DNA of 64,000 nucleotides, taken from the NCBI GenBank assembly GCA_036172245.1, contig JAYWIR010000020.1:310001-374000 (forward strand), read 5' to 3'. Both the position numbers and the translations under genes were made by a program. The DNA comes from Raillietiella orientalis. Lineage: Eukaryota. Position 1 is the first letter of the stretch. Each line of letters starts with the position of its first letter. The notes below the pieces were generated by a model. That model was given only the letters and a program-made list of their open reading frames with translations, made no database searches and had not been told where the DNA came from. Positions 37,601 to 50,663 of the stretch are shown here, piece after piece.

Positions 37601-40600
37601 TCGCATGAGATTTCCAGATTCCTCAACAGTAAGGGATGGCGCTCACGTCCATTGCACCTTTGCCTAGTTTTGAGCTCTTTTCTGTCAGCGACAAGAGTGA
37701 AATACTTTTTTTTCTTTTTTTTTCGTTTTCTTGAACTGTCTGAGCTGCAGTTCGAAAGTTCTGTTTCCTGATAATATTTGACTCTTCCGTGGGTCTTTCT
37801 TCTCAAGCAGTGTCGTCTTCCTCAACTCTCTTTGCCTTAAAGAGTTCACCCACGTGATGACCATTTATGTTCCTAGATCGAAGGTTTCACGGATGAGAGC
37901 AAGACCCTTGGATCTCTTGAAGTTCATCCAGCAACTTGAGTTCTTTCCTTGTGAAGCAATCAGAAGTCAAGAATTTCGCAGACCTTTGCCTCCTCATTTC
38001 GATCTTCTCCTAGGTAATCTCCAGTTTGATTTCTTGTTCCTTGCTCCACGCAGAAATCCTCTTCGTTGCCCTTTCCTTTTCATGAGTTTTGCTGAGAAAA
38101 TTCTGGCGAGAATGAGCGCTGCTAGACACAAGTCACTGATTTGTATCCTTCAGTTAGTTCGTAATGGATTATACAAACATGTATTTCATTCTGTGATTCA
38201 CCAGATACCAATACGCATCGTGCAGCATATTTACTTTTACTTAATTCTCTAACGACATATACGATACCTGGCAGCAGCAACGGTTGTTATTCTATCTTGG
38301 AATAGTATGGAAAATGAGAATTCATGAACGACCTTTCTTCAGATCTAGAATGCCAGGGAGATGCATAATGCCAGTATGGGAACGAGACATTCGATCACGA
38401 CAAGCAAAATGGAGTCTTAAGCACATGCGGGTATGCTAAGGTGTAGGAAAGACGTTCCCAAACAAAGCTTAGCTATGGAAAGTGTCTCCAGTCTCCTGAG
38501 GAGGTAAGGTTGACACCAATGAAGTGCATCTCTCGGAATTCTCCCGAGGTGGACACAGAGCCGCATTCTTCAAAACACTCCGTCCTCATTCGAATTCAAT
38601 GACGTATTGGACTTGGTTTCGTGTTTTTGCAACAACCTTTCCCGGTGGTTTACATACAGGGTACATCCACCCACCCCTAGAAGTACCTGGTAACATCCGG
38701 GGACAGACAACCAGGAGACACTCCCTCAAGGTCTGTCACTAGCGGGTTTCCGCGCGAGTTTGCAAGAAAAATGCAATGTTAACCACCTTTCTGATCAGCT
38801 GGACGGCTGAATCATCGCCAGCAGTCAGTGCGCCTTCAATTTCTTTCTGCGATGACATCCCGTGGGACTCGATGAACAGCGATAAAACGACTGCTGTTCT
38901 TCATGGAGGGCAGCTGGAGTGCTTCGACAGATTCATGATGACTTCCGGAGCATGTGGAATCCCAAGCGTTTGTTTCATCGCTTCGAGTTCGGACGCCCGT
39001 CAATCCGACTATGGATGTGCTCGGTGCTCGTGAATTTCTCAGAAACTTTCCGGATCCATCTTGGACAACGTTTTCCGACGGTTGGCAGGAAGAAAGCGCA
39101 AGCTTTCTTTTTTAGCGAAATTGGGAATCTCCAAGGAGACAAGAATCGCCGATCACCGGTGATGAGAAACAAAAAGATGTGCAGAAACAAATCGAGAGAG
39201 AGAATATAAGTATGGCTTCCGGAACAAAGTGAATTTAGGACATTTTCCTTTTTTTAAAAAAAGAGATGCAAGAAGATTATTGTTATCAGTGACGCTTTAA
39301 ATAAAAGTACATCCGCATACGGGATTTTAGCTCGAAATTCCCTCAAAATCCAAACCGCAATCGTCGGTCGACAAAGAGCTCTTGTATTACCTTCGTAGCA
39401 GTAGACTTTACTTTTAAAGTCACATCTCCTCGTCTTAGGATTAAAGAATGTCCTGTGGGGACAGCTCTGGATAGCAAAACTTCCCTTCCAACAGTTGATG
39501 AACTTGGTACAGTCTCCGGGATACATAAACTGGCCCGTTGGTTCGGGGCAGGACAGTTCGCTTCGCTTTCCTGAATCCGGAAGTTTCGAATCGGATGAGC
39601 GATACAGGATGGGGGTCTTCCCTGGATTTCTGTCGCTGGAATCCCGCTTTGTGGGAGGATCTGTTCCAGCTTCTTTTCCCGGAGAGAATGATTGGTAAGG
39701 AAACGTGAAGAGTTCTGAATTCTCCACGCCATCTCCTGGAATCTCTTCTGGATGCTGTGTAGAGGAATCCACAGGAATTGGTTCATCGGAATCTCGCGCT
39801 CGCGGATCAGTCGGATGTGGAGTTTCGTCGAGAGCAATGTGCCCAACGAAATCAGTTGCTGGCCCGTACTCGAGGTCACTCTTCAGGTTTGCCCCCGTAG
39901 TGCCTGCTGATTCCAGAAAGACTTCATTTTCGGAATGCAGTGCGCTTCTTGCCTGAAACCATAAATGCCACATTGAAGAAAATAAAATAAAGTAGGGAGA
40001 ACTCTGTTCCTCCTTGCTTGTCTTTCTTTTCCCCCTTTTTTTTTTCGGTTCGCAAAGTGCTGAAGAACCGTCCACCTCCTTGGAAGGGCTCACAGAGCTC
40101 TTTAAGTGCCGTCCACGCCACTCGAGGGTGCGTGTTGCTCTTCAGGATAGGGGGACCTCTGGATGGACCGATCTATGAATCCACGAAGGCTCCGGAGGAA
40201 GGGGTCCGTTTCTCTTACGCTTGGAAGGGAACCCTGAAGGGAACCACCTCTTCCTCATCCTCTCCGGAGGTCCCTGGAGTCGGTGGAAAATGAGGAGGGG
40301 AAAAAATGCGGAGAGGCGCCCTCCAGTCCCCACTCCCTGGAGGGAGCCTCATCTTATTTCTTCTCCAAAGAGAACCCGAAAAGATCTGCTCTTGGAATTT
40401 CTTCTCAGAGGAAACTCGCAAGGAAACCCTTCCTCTGAATAGGACCCCGAAGAGAGCGGAGCGTTTCTTGACACCCTGGAGAGGCATCAACCAGCTCCAT
40501 GATACGCGATGGAAGGCGGCTCTATTTACACAACCGGAAGGGAACTCCGAAAGGGACCGGCTCCTTGGTTTTGGGAAGGACCTCAGAGGGTCAACTTCCG

Positions 40601-42375
40601 ATCCCGGTCAGCCAAGGGGAGCGTTCAGGTTCCACCATTGCCACACCCGAAGCATGCAGGCCAACTAGCATCATCTTGCGGGAAGGACTCCAAACCCACG
40701 ACGCATCCCCCATTTCTCGGACGGTCGATCTTTCCCGGGGGGGATTCGAACCCGCAACGCTTGGTGCCACTGCGAGTGGTGGCCACTCGCAGTGGCACAC
40801 GGCTGCCAGCGCGGACCTTGCTCTCATCTGAAAGGCATGCAAGAAGGAACACAATTTAGTCTTCACTCAACGAACTCTAGACAAGAAAAAGATACCATGA
40901 TGGCAAAGAGGACCTTCAGGGTTCAGAGATGCAGTCTGTTTGCTTTGGAAGGCAATGACTGGAGTTTCGCGCGATCTGTACCAAGGAGACTTCAGTGCGC
41001 CTGCCCTAATTCGTTTCCGAGCGTCTTCACAGGAAACAAGCTCCTGAAGGAAAGAGTGCCATCTGCTACAACGGATGGATCCATGAGGCAGATGGAAGAG
41101 GAAAACAAAAATTCAATTTTTTTCCCTCTTTACGGGAAAGGGGGAGTAATGGAAAAATTGGAAATTTCAGGTGAAAAAGCGATTTCAGGCGCTCTAAGAA
41201 AAATCAGTTGACTAAATTTTCTTAAATTGATAATTGAAGCAAATTAAGCAACACAGTCCTCCTTTTTTCCTTTGTTAATGAATAAGGAAGGGTTGGGAAG
41301 GAGAAGGGACAAGGGTTTTTGAGGGACTTGAGCATTAAGTGAGCACCAATCCATCCTGGATAGTGACCAGAGAAAACGCCAGCGCTGTTCCCCCTCTCCT
41401 ACCCCCCCCCCCAATCAGATAATCAGTCCGAAAGTATCCCTTCAGAGTTCCGAAATTCTCCGTTAGATATCAGGACCGTCGATGAATGGAAAAACTGCTT
41501 TGCACCTCCCCCGCTGACTGATTTCCTGGCGTCTCTCTTAGAGCACGTAGTCTGCATCTTTCTAGGAGCAGGATTACTGAGTCCCTCTCTCAGAATCTTT
41601 TAAAGCTATCGATTGCCACCTTTCCCTCAGGCGTGGCAGTGTCAAGAAGGCGGAAGCTCGTTCCGGAACAAGTCAGCACGAAAGAACTAGAGTGAGAACC
41701 TCCCGCAGTCCAGGGTCAGTCCCGGAAAGCCAACTCCGCGTCAGGTCTTCTCTCGAAAGAAGAGGAAGAACGTGGAGAACAACGTGAGCTCCTGAAGCAA
41801 CTGCCTGAGGATTCTGAGGGGCACGGAGGTTTCCTTGGTGACAGACAAATCACGAACGCCAAAGACCCTCATCGAAACCATTGGAAGATGTCGTCTGCCT
41901 GCCTGCACTCGCCCGATCCTCCCAACTGAAATCCACACCTCTTGCCCGGTACTCTCGTTGTTCATCCCCTCCCCGTTTTGCAAGATGGGCGGGAGCACAG
42001 CCGGTCTGGGGGTGGATGCCTGAGCTCCTCCTTCATCTCCTGTCCCGATAGGCAACGCGAAGGGCTGAGGTGGAAGACCCTGATCGCGTGCGATCATTAC
42101 GGTCGTGAGATCATTAAGAAAGGGGAAGGGGGGAGGACGGGCGCATGCGGCATGGTGGCCCCTGCACCGTCCCATGAATGGGAGCCCGGAACGCCCATCA
42201 ACAACTCCGCACTGCTTTCGCATCTTCCCTTCCCTCCCCACTCGCCGGCCAAAGCCATCGAGGCGGCTGGAGCTCCTTTGCTCCCGGAAAACCCGCGCCA
42301 ACTGAAGTGAAACCAGGCACTTACCGTTTGCGCCAGAAGCAAGAGGATCACTGGGATTCCGTGGGCGCGCACCAT
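7645..42375 (-). CDS. Tequila/GRAAL-like modular trypsin-family serine protease: signal peptide-CBM14-SRCR-C-type lectin-kringle-LDLa-PAN-LDLa-SRCR-LDLa-SRCR-trypsin; 19 exons, ~1273 aa
   Basis: Exons 42375-42325, 39952-39391, 36066-35862, 35812-35319, 35112-34948, 31260-31024, 30973-30888, 28941-28763, 28679-28520, 27265-27151, 25314-25082, 21472-21323, 21267-21148, 17074-16969, 14081-13831, 11269-11120, 9339-9108, 9054-8878, 7793-7645 sum to 3822 nt in one frame; activation site K|VVGG, triad SVSHC / DIALIK / GDSGGP, S1 Asp in GGIDSCQ; kringle [12 protein letters not shown]; ChtBD2 [18 protein letters not shown]. Confidence 0.9.
9813..10733. mobile_element. Non-autonomous mariner (Tc1/mariner, DD34D) derivative with long inverted arms, TA target duplication
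   Basis: TA|CGAGGAGCATTTCAAAA ... TTTTGAAATGATCCTCG|TA termini; transposase relics [35 protein letters not shown]; arms 9813-10175 and 10368-10733 are inverted copies. Confidence 0.88.
14577..15612. repeat. Diverged inverted repeat pair (about 14577-14862 and 15351-15612) in a protease intron
   Basis: e.g. GAAGAGCACAGTGATCAGAGCT and TGTTTGTGACCACTGGCAT on the left match reverse complements on the right; the ORF track gives the same peptides on opposite strands. Confidence 0.8.
22989..23752 (-). mobile_element. ~760-bp interspersed repeat, probable tRNA-derived SINE, copy 1
   Basis: Near-identical to 40047-40816; Pol III B box GGTTCGAATCC on the minus strand at 23684-23694 near the head. Confidence 0.7.
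40047..40816 (-). mobile_element. ~770-bp interspersed repeat, probable tRNA-derived SINE, copy 2
   Basis: About six substitutions versus copy 1 over ~735 bp by eye; B box at 40742-40752; A-rich tail on the minus strand; possible 7-bp TSD CCTTGCT. Confidence 0.7.
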
Positions 42376-44724
42376 TGGGATAGGGAAGCCTCGCAATCAG
42401 GGACGCATCTACGCCTCATCGCGAACGCTCGAACGAGAAGCTCGCTGAGGGGATTTTCCTCTCTGGAGTTTCTTGGCGATCGGGGCGTTGTCACTCCCGG
42501 AACATAAAACAGAGGAAGTTTGGAGTCGGGAGCGTCGTGACGTTGAACATGCTGGTCCATTTCTTCCACTATGAATTCTCCTCGATGCCTCTGCGAGTCT
42601 TCCTCCTCCCTTTCCCGTTGAAAAACTTTTTGGTTGCTTTCAATGTCTTCTTCCACCTCTCTCCCCCCCCCCCTCCCTCTCTCCCTCCCACCCATATCGT
42701 CCTACTCTCTCCCGAACGTTCCTTGCTTGTCAGGTCGGTGGAGTCAAGTCTCTCTGACGTCAGATGCGTGGGTGGGAGGACCACAATTCTGGAGGAAGAA
42801 ATGCGCCTCCTGAAAAGGGTCCGATCTTCCAGTCTGCCTTCGTGGCAAAAGGGCTCGAGGGTAGAGACGAGTCGGTTTCAAGCGAATCATCCACTAGGAG
42901 CTCTGGGGATGATTTTCCCGAGGAGCATCTTTTGCGAGATTTCTGAAGTATGGGAAGCGCCTCCGGGTCCAGGTTCCCAAGGAATGAGCCACTTAAAACC
43001 GGTCCTCTTCGGGACTCACTACCTTGAGCCAGGCCGGTTCCAAGTGGCTCACAAGAGAACGTTTCCGCAACGCTTCCTCCCTGGTCTCGAATCTATTTTT
43101 ATCTCTCCCTTCTCATCCGCTCGAGAGATAGGAAAAAGCCAGACCTAGACTCCTTGACGGAGCCTCATCCCGAACCAGACAGAGTCGAATCCCGGCAACC
43201 CAAAAAAAGGAGCCGAGAACAGGAGGGGCGGTTTATGAAAGAAATGGCTGAATTGAAGCTACTAGCCGAGAGCCATTCCAGCAGGAAAGTGGGGGAAGTG
43301 AGCAGGAGCGGAGATGAAACTTATCGGACGCTCATACTTTAAGGAATTCTTGTTTCAATTTGTTTTTTTTTCTCTTTCACCGCACTCGCTGCACCAACAC
43401 ACAAGACGAAAACCAAAGCCTTCAGCTCTTGGTGAGGAAAGAAACTTCCAGACAGAAAGAAGTGAGTACAAACCCCAAGGGGTTTCTGCGCACTTCTTTC
43501 TATCAGCACGACTGGGCCCTTGGTTTTTTCTAGCCTCATTCTAGAAACGCACCACTGAAATATGAGAAACGAATTCTCCACGCGGACTGCAGCGTCTCCC
43601 CGGAAGCCGCCTGCAGATAGGCAGCCACGGTGTAAATGGTAGCGTAGCGATATCTGACGGGGCAATTAAAGGAAAATGAAATCTGCCGACGGGAGGAAAA
43701 GATCGTTCATAGATCTATCTGATGACCCGTCGGAGTAAATCAAGGTTGCGGTTCCCTTGCTGCTGGTCTGAGTGACGGAGTTGTTAACAGACGGCTTCTT
43801 CTTGCCCCAAGGGTCGAAAGATTCTTTGAGACATTGTCGCGAACTTTACGAAACGCACGCATGAAAATCCGCATTTAGGAGGAAATTCATCCACATGCCC
43901 TGAGGCGACCACTGCCTAGTGAGGTCAGTGAGGTCACATGGGTGCCTTCACTGACATGTTCACCAGCGTTCATATGGATTCTTCAAAGCGAAGCATGACG
44001 AATCCATCAGGTATCTGTATCAGAAAGATGTGATTCACAAAATCGTGATGCCGTCAAACCGAGAAGTTAAAAAGCAACTCGAGCCTCTAAAGCAAATCCA
44101 TGAAGATATCGGGGTCCAGATGAACTCATGTTGACTTCTGAACTAGAGGACCTTCATGATGATGTCTTTTGGTTCATCTAATTGTTCCCCCCCTCCCCTT
44201 TTTTTTTGTGGAGCCAACTGCTTTTTAGTTGGTTAAACACGGGCAAATCGGTTCAGTGCAGTCATCATACACGTTGCGCAATCAATCATTAAGACGTTAC
44301 AAGTCGTTATTCGACAAGTCTTTTTTTCCTTTGGATGAAATACCGTACGGCTACACAAATATCTCAAGTTGTCACAAAATCAAGTTGTATACCTTGACTG
44401 TTACATTTGCCTGAGTGTTCCACTTTTATCTGAAAATTCTATCGAGGTCCATGTAGGCCTGTAATTTGAAAGCTTGTCGAATGCCATGCGGGACGACGTA
44501 TTTAAAAGCCCCAATTGGAGTCTTCGAAAATTTTTGCGCCGCTCCTGGTCTACGACTCCTAAAAGCTCTATTTTCATATGATATTATTCAAAGGAAATTT
44601 GAGACAATACATATAACTGCAACAGTAGGACTCCACAATGTCTGAGAATTCTCTTCATCTGTTTCGAAGATGAAGGATTATAGATCAAAGTATAAAAACT
44701 TTATTCTTCTGAGTGTCTCGCTAC

Positions 44725-45410
44725 TTATGTAAGAGAGATTTCGTTCTCGTCGTTAGAAAGATCTCTCGATTGATCTCCATCGTTCATTGGAAGAGTGGCA
44801 TCCTTATAGTCTGGGAGATGTCCGAGCACATGACTCCAGTAGATCTCTCTGGTGTACCGGATACAGGAGACTACCATAAGGTGCCTCATTTTGTCCGAGT
44901 ACTCTCTGGGGACTGGATAAATTTCTGCGGATTTTCTCGCGTAACACAGCATCGTTGCTACGATCCCATGTTCCGAGGGGTCCAATGATGGAAGCATTCG
45001 CACTATGCAGTGACTTCCATTCTTCGACAGCTGGCAGGCAGCATCTTGATACTTGTTAATTTTTTCTTTCCCTTCCATAATGAACGCTTCTTTCCCATTT
45101 TCGAATGGGCAGCATCCTCCTGTTGCTCCTTCGCATCACCTTTTGGTTGTGAGACACCAACTTACATTTCGCCATGCCCACCGCGGCGGTCTCGATTCTT
45201 TCCAACAGAGCATCATCTCGTTTGGTGTACAGACGAAGGTGCCTCATGCAGTGGTTGGTAATGTGGGGCAACGTCTCGTCTCAGATTTTACGGTGCCGAC
45301 ATGTGCGATCTGTTTCCCTTCTTCTAGCAACACCCCAAATCGAGAGCAGATTTAGCTCAGCCGCTGCATGAACCGATAATCGGAGAATCTAAGGAAGGCA
45401 CCTCGATCTT
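44725..45410 (-). mobile_element. Decayed NeSL/Utopia-like RLE retrotransposon fragment (zinc knuckle plus endonuclease C-terminus)
   Basis: Across frameshifts: GAFLRFSDYRFMQR..LNLL...DRTCRH..ETLPHITNHC...EKINKYQDAA...IIGPLGTWDRSNDAVL...MRHLMVVSCIRYTREIYWSHV. Confidence 0.78.
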
Positions 45411-48249
45411 AGACTGAAAGGCCGAGAAGCGATACCGTACTTTCACGTGTCCAAACTGATTTTTGCATCCGTTTTTTGGTTCATATTGCTATTCCCTGCG
45501 TTGAAATCAAACCAAACCCCTTTAAAGGTATGTGGAAAGCTGCACTATTTATAGGTTTACTTTCTTCTGCTCAGTGGAATTTGAGAGCATTAAGAGAAAA
45601 CGAGGTAGACTCTTAAAGATGTGAGGCTCAAAAGATCGTCTACAAAACTGATCTTGCATGTAACCTAAGTGAACTAGGCAAAGTACGGAATGGGAAAATA
45701 GTAGGGAGACAAAGGGCAAACAGGATTTGATTTATTCTGCATTACATGATGCGAGATCAGACTATTCTTTGGATGATTAGAGAGATTGATTTCGTGTTAT
45801 TCCTTAGCACTGGTAAAAATTTAGTGCTAGAATTAAGAGAAAAGAGAACACATTTAATTGGTTTCTAAATCAAAAATATGAATGTTGTTTATCTGATGAA
45901 TCAAGTAATGCTCATTCTAAATAAATCGGTTCGTGCAACACTGCCTTTATTTTGATATGTCCCATTCTAAGAAATCCTTCATTAGGAGAGTTTCTAGTGG
46001 GTCAGGCTAGCTATTCGAAAATTCGAAATATTGAATTAGTGATGGACACCCAAAGTTGGAGGATCCGCTTAAGACGGACTCACTATGTTTTCATATCGGA
46101 GAGCTATGGGAGGAAAATCGAGTTCATGAGTGATGGAAGGCATCGGAGGCATTGAATAATTCCAAGGTATACCTGTGTTGTTTCATTCCTGACACTTGAT
46201 GATGCTCTAACAAGAAATCTTCTGGAATGAGAATCGGTTTTCAAAGTTCGTTAGTAACATAGTATTAGAGTACAGAGTATGGATAATGGCCACAATTGGG
46301 AGAATTATTGAAGCCCAACATCAAACCAAGGAAACCAGAAAAACAGAGATTTTTTTTCTAGATGATACAGCACCATACGTCGTTAGAATATAGAAGGAAG
46401 GTGGAAGGTTACGACCGAATTACTGACCAGTAATTTAGCATCACTCATAGATCCCCAAACGATACTTCGTTAGTAAAATCGCATTATAGTTCATATTTGC
46501 TCACATTATTAAATAATGCTACAGTTTTCGGTCACTGGACTTGACAGTCACGTGATTCCAAACCTTGAGCTATGGACAGTCACTTACAGAATTAAAGTGG
46601 CAACTACGAATTTGAAATGCCTGAAGAATGAGGATGTCTTGGGACTTCTTCGAGCAGCGCGCTCTGCGGAGCATTTGTAATGCTTTCGTAATTCAAAAAC
46701 AGGACCAGTAAATGAAAAAAATGTTGAACTTTATTTGCTGCATCCCAAAATTCTTTTGCTGTAGACTGTGAAAATCTCTGATTTGCGAACTGAGAGGGGG
46801 AACAAGAAAGACGGGTGCAGAGAGCGTTCCCGAGCTGCTAAAGAGTTAGCCTTACAATGAGTGAAGATTTGAGGACCCAGTCCTGACCAAACTACGAGTG
46901 CGAAAAGGGGAGATGAGACAGGAAATGTGGAATAGGCGCCAAGACATGGTGAGAACTGGCTGCAAAACAAATGGATCAATTGATTAGAATGAACACCACC
47001 GCATATTCCGGAAAAGAAGCTAAACAAACTGGAGATAACGGCAGACGAAACCCAAATGAATTCTAAGAAGTTTATCAACAAATACTTCGATCATCAAGAA
47101 TAAAATCAGTTCGAGAAAGGCATTTATGCCAAATTCTAATTCATTGTGATTTTTTTCGTTTTTTTTGTCGTGCATTATATGCCCAAACTAGTCGTTCCTT
47201 TTTTGACTTTGGAGACACTTAAACCGAAACTGTACCATTTATGAAAATACTGATGAAATCAGCTGCTCATGAAGAATTTTTCAGAAAGAAATGAATTGCT
47301 GTTCTATTTTATAATTTATTCATTTTTTCTTTTTTGCAAATTGACCATAAATCCAAGAGGATCTCGGATTTGTACTAAAGGTATCCAATTTAGAGTCAGT
47401 ATATTGTAATCCATTAAAAATCTAGTCTTTAGTGTTCATTGAGATTAAGAGTTTTAAACAATATACCATCCTTATTTTTTTGTAGAAAAGGGGGCACCGG
47501 TCATTTGCTGCGCAGGTGAATTTTTAATTTTGTTCTCCCCCTTCATCTCCGCGTTACTAATGGATCGAGGCAAAGTTAGTATATAAGCGTTTCCGGTAGC
47601 AATTACTCCTGCATTATTCCTCTTTATGTATCTTAATCCTAATGCAACTATTTTCATGCTATTCTCTGCAAAGGAACATGCATCTTGGCAAAATTAAAGT
47701 TCCTTAGAAGGAGCGATTTTTTTGAGAAATGACAAACCAGACGTTTGCCATTTCCCAAAAAGAAAAGAGGGTCTCTGAATTTGAATAAAAGAATGGGTTT
47801 TCTTTTGTTTCCATATTTTGGAATTGAGTTCACGTAGTTTATTACCTCCTGTATTTTTGCTACTCTTAAGTCATCCTTCATCCATATCTTTTCGAAATTC
47901 CCAAATTTGTTTTCCCAAATTTGAGTGAGTGGCCAAGTTTGCCTTTAACACTCTCTTGCATTTCTCAAGGAATACGAAATTATTCTAAACTTTGAGACAA
48001 ACTGTAGGCTAGGCAGAAAATAAGTCAGATTTTCCAAATCAGATACTGACTATTGCGAACAAGAACGAAGAGATGGGGTTGCTGAAAAAGAAACCGTGAT
48101 CATGAGACTTCGGTTTTCTTGAATAAAGATGCTTCTGACCTGAATGATTTCTTAGATATAGCATGAAGAATGAAATTCGATGTAAAAGCTGGAATACCAA
48201 ATCTTTCTTTTAGTATAGCTGTTGGATTTATATCACTACAGCACCACAT

Positions 48250-49081
48250 CGCAGGAACAACACGACCTATTGGCGGCTGGAGGACTTGCGAGCTGGCGGA
48301 CGCCGCCACGCCTCGACACGTTCCGAAGGGACTCCTTCGGTGGAATGAACACTTAGGTGTGGCCCCCGAAGAACTTGTGGTCCCTCTCTCCTGTTTGAAC
48401 ACTTCTGTGTTCCCCCTTTCGTGGAAGCAGGACGTGATCATGCTGGTGCATTGGGGTTTTCACTCCAACCAGCGGACGAACCGTGTTTCCGGGGGAGTTG
48501 TCTCCCCAAACTGTAAGCGGTGCGGGGAAGTGGAAACGCTCCCGCACCTGCTCCTGGACTGCGGTGCCCTCCTAGGACTGTGGCGGAGGCTGGCCTCAGC
48601 TCTCCTGCACCAGGGGGACACCGCGAGAGACTTGATGCGCCGCTTCTTCACGCCAGGCGGCCTGTCTTTAGGTGCTGTCGTTGCAACCGTGTGTTGCACC
48701 CGCGCCATCGACAAGGCCCACCGAGAGTTGGAGAAGCTGGCCATCCTTCGTCAGCCCACCGGATTAGCCAGCGCGAACATGTCGTCGGCTGCCGAGTGGG
48801 CCCATCTGCCAGAGGACGCTAGGAGAGAGATCGCCGGCATCCATCGCCGGTTTTGAAAGGAAGGAACGGCCTTACCAAAGACCCCTGTCCCCTGCCCTCC
48901 ATATTTTTATTTTTATTTTTCTATAGGAGTGTATTTGTGGTCCCCTCCCTCCCGTTCCGGACTTTCGGCATACCGACCTGCGTGTCGGGGATCCCACCCC
49001 CTTCGTCTCTTGTTTTTCCTTTGTCCAGGAACTCTGTTCCCGGATAGTTTTTAATAAACGCCCGGCGCACCCGGGTGATAA
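48250..49081 (+). mobile_element. 5'-truncated L1/Tx1-like non-LTR retrotransposon with 12-bp TSD (ACAGCACCACAT at 48238-48249 and 49082-49093)
   Basis: Open frame to stop at 48856 with knuckle CKRCGEVETLPHLLLDC, homologous to the 5623-6324 ORF (ELADA.TP, RW.E.L, PL.W, HWG); AATAAA plus terminal hairpin; exact flanking duplication. Confidence 0.85.
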
Positions 49082-50663
49082 ACAGCACCACATTGTCAGT
49101 ACCCAGGGCACTCTCAAACCTCCCTTAGAGATTTATTTTCCTACTCTTGTCAAGATGGTTCTGATACATAAGATTTCTCTTTAAATCCCTTCAAACCTTT
49201 GGTTATCTACTTGAGCACTCATTGTCAAAATACCTTTGTATTCACGTTATATAGAAGAGTGGAACAGAAATTATTAGATAAAAAGCAGCCCTGGGATACT
49301 GATTTGGAATGTAGAATAAGAGGATGTATGTCGCTGTGAATATGTAGTCAAATGGTCATGGTAAGAGGAGCAGTCAAATTATCACTTGAAGTAAGCAGGA
49401 ACTTCTGTATGATATAAAGTATTTACTTTTTTATTTAGTCTCCTTGATTTACGTATCTGTTGTGATGTTTACAGTTTAGAAGTTTTCAACATTCCCTCAT
49501 GCTTTCTGCGGATGTTAGAAAGTTCGTTCACTGACTAATTCTAAACCAGTAATTACGTGTCTTTTAATTTTTGGCTCTTGGAATCTTGCTCATAATTATT
49601 TGCTTCTTACACACTCATTAAGGAGCCTTCCTTCCTCAAATTCTGATGCTAAGGATAGATTCGCCTTATGATTGGCCACCATGTTTTTATATAACGTGCA
49701 AAATTTTTAATTACTTAGAAATGAAGTCATACCAGTTGATTTTGAAATGTAGTTTATTTACTTTAAGATCTCTTAAAATCATAAATCCAGCCTGCTTATG
49801 GAGAAGATAAACAGTAAGATTTTTGTGTATAGTTCGCTTTCAGTTGAAGAAATGAAGTATGGGGGATTTTTGATTAATAGGACGTCAAGTCTGGAGACAT
49901 CTTGTACGAGCAAAGTCAAATACAATCGCATCCATTTGTATTTTTTTTTAACAGACGCTTCACGGAATAAGAGCTCTTGGAAACAACTGCAGGAGTCGAT
50001 GCCTTAGTGATGTTTTCACTTCAGCACTAAATAGCGAAAATACAAACAAAAACAGAGCACACTTTAAATAATCCCTAAGGTAACCGTTTTTCCAAGATCA
50101 AAGATTCATCATTTTGGAGATCTCGGCTACAGACGTTTGTTGATCCGTTAGTGTCCCGTGGTCTGCCGACTGCCTCCCCTCCTGTCGGTGGTATCGAGAC
50201 GGAGCCCGGAGCCTTGGGCGTGCAGCAGCTGGATTTTGGTCAACTCGTCACGCGTTGCTTGCCACTACTACAGCCTTTCGTATTCAGAGTTCAAGCAGTG
50301 TTTACTGGAAAACTTCGAACTTTTTCTGTCGAATTAACCCACGGTTCGGTCGTACGAATTTGAAACATAAGTGATTTCGTGGCAATCGCCCACAGTAACG
50401 TTGGACGCCTAAGAATATTTCCCTGGCCACAGTGTTTCTTGTGCGTCGAGCTTTGTATCTTCGCATGAAACTGTGTGTGTGGGATTTGTCATTCGGAATG
50501 CTGTGATTGCAGCAGGAGTAATTATTTGCATCATTGACGAAGTTTAAACTTATGTTTAAACTGTGCACATGTATAATTATAAACCTTTGAAGGGTGATGG
50601 GTTCAATTGATACACTAAAGGTTTATGACTAATGCTTTGCATTTCAACATAGCAGACTAACCA

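Noticed and set aside
45661..45668. TAACCTAA as a telomerase RNA template
   Set aside because: A single 8-mer is expected by chance; no supporting promoter or structure seen
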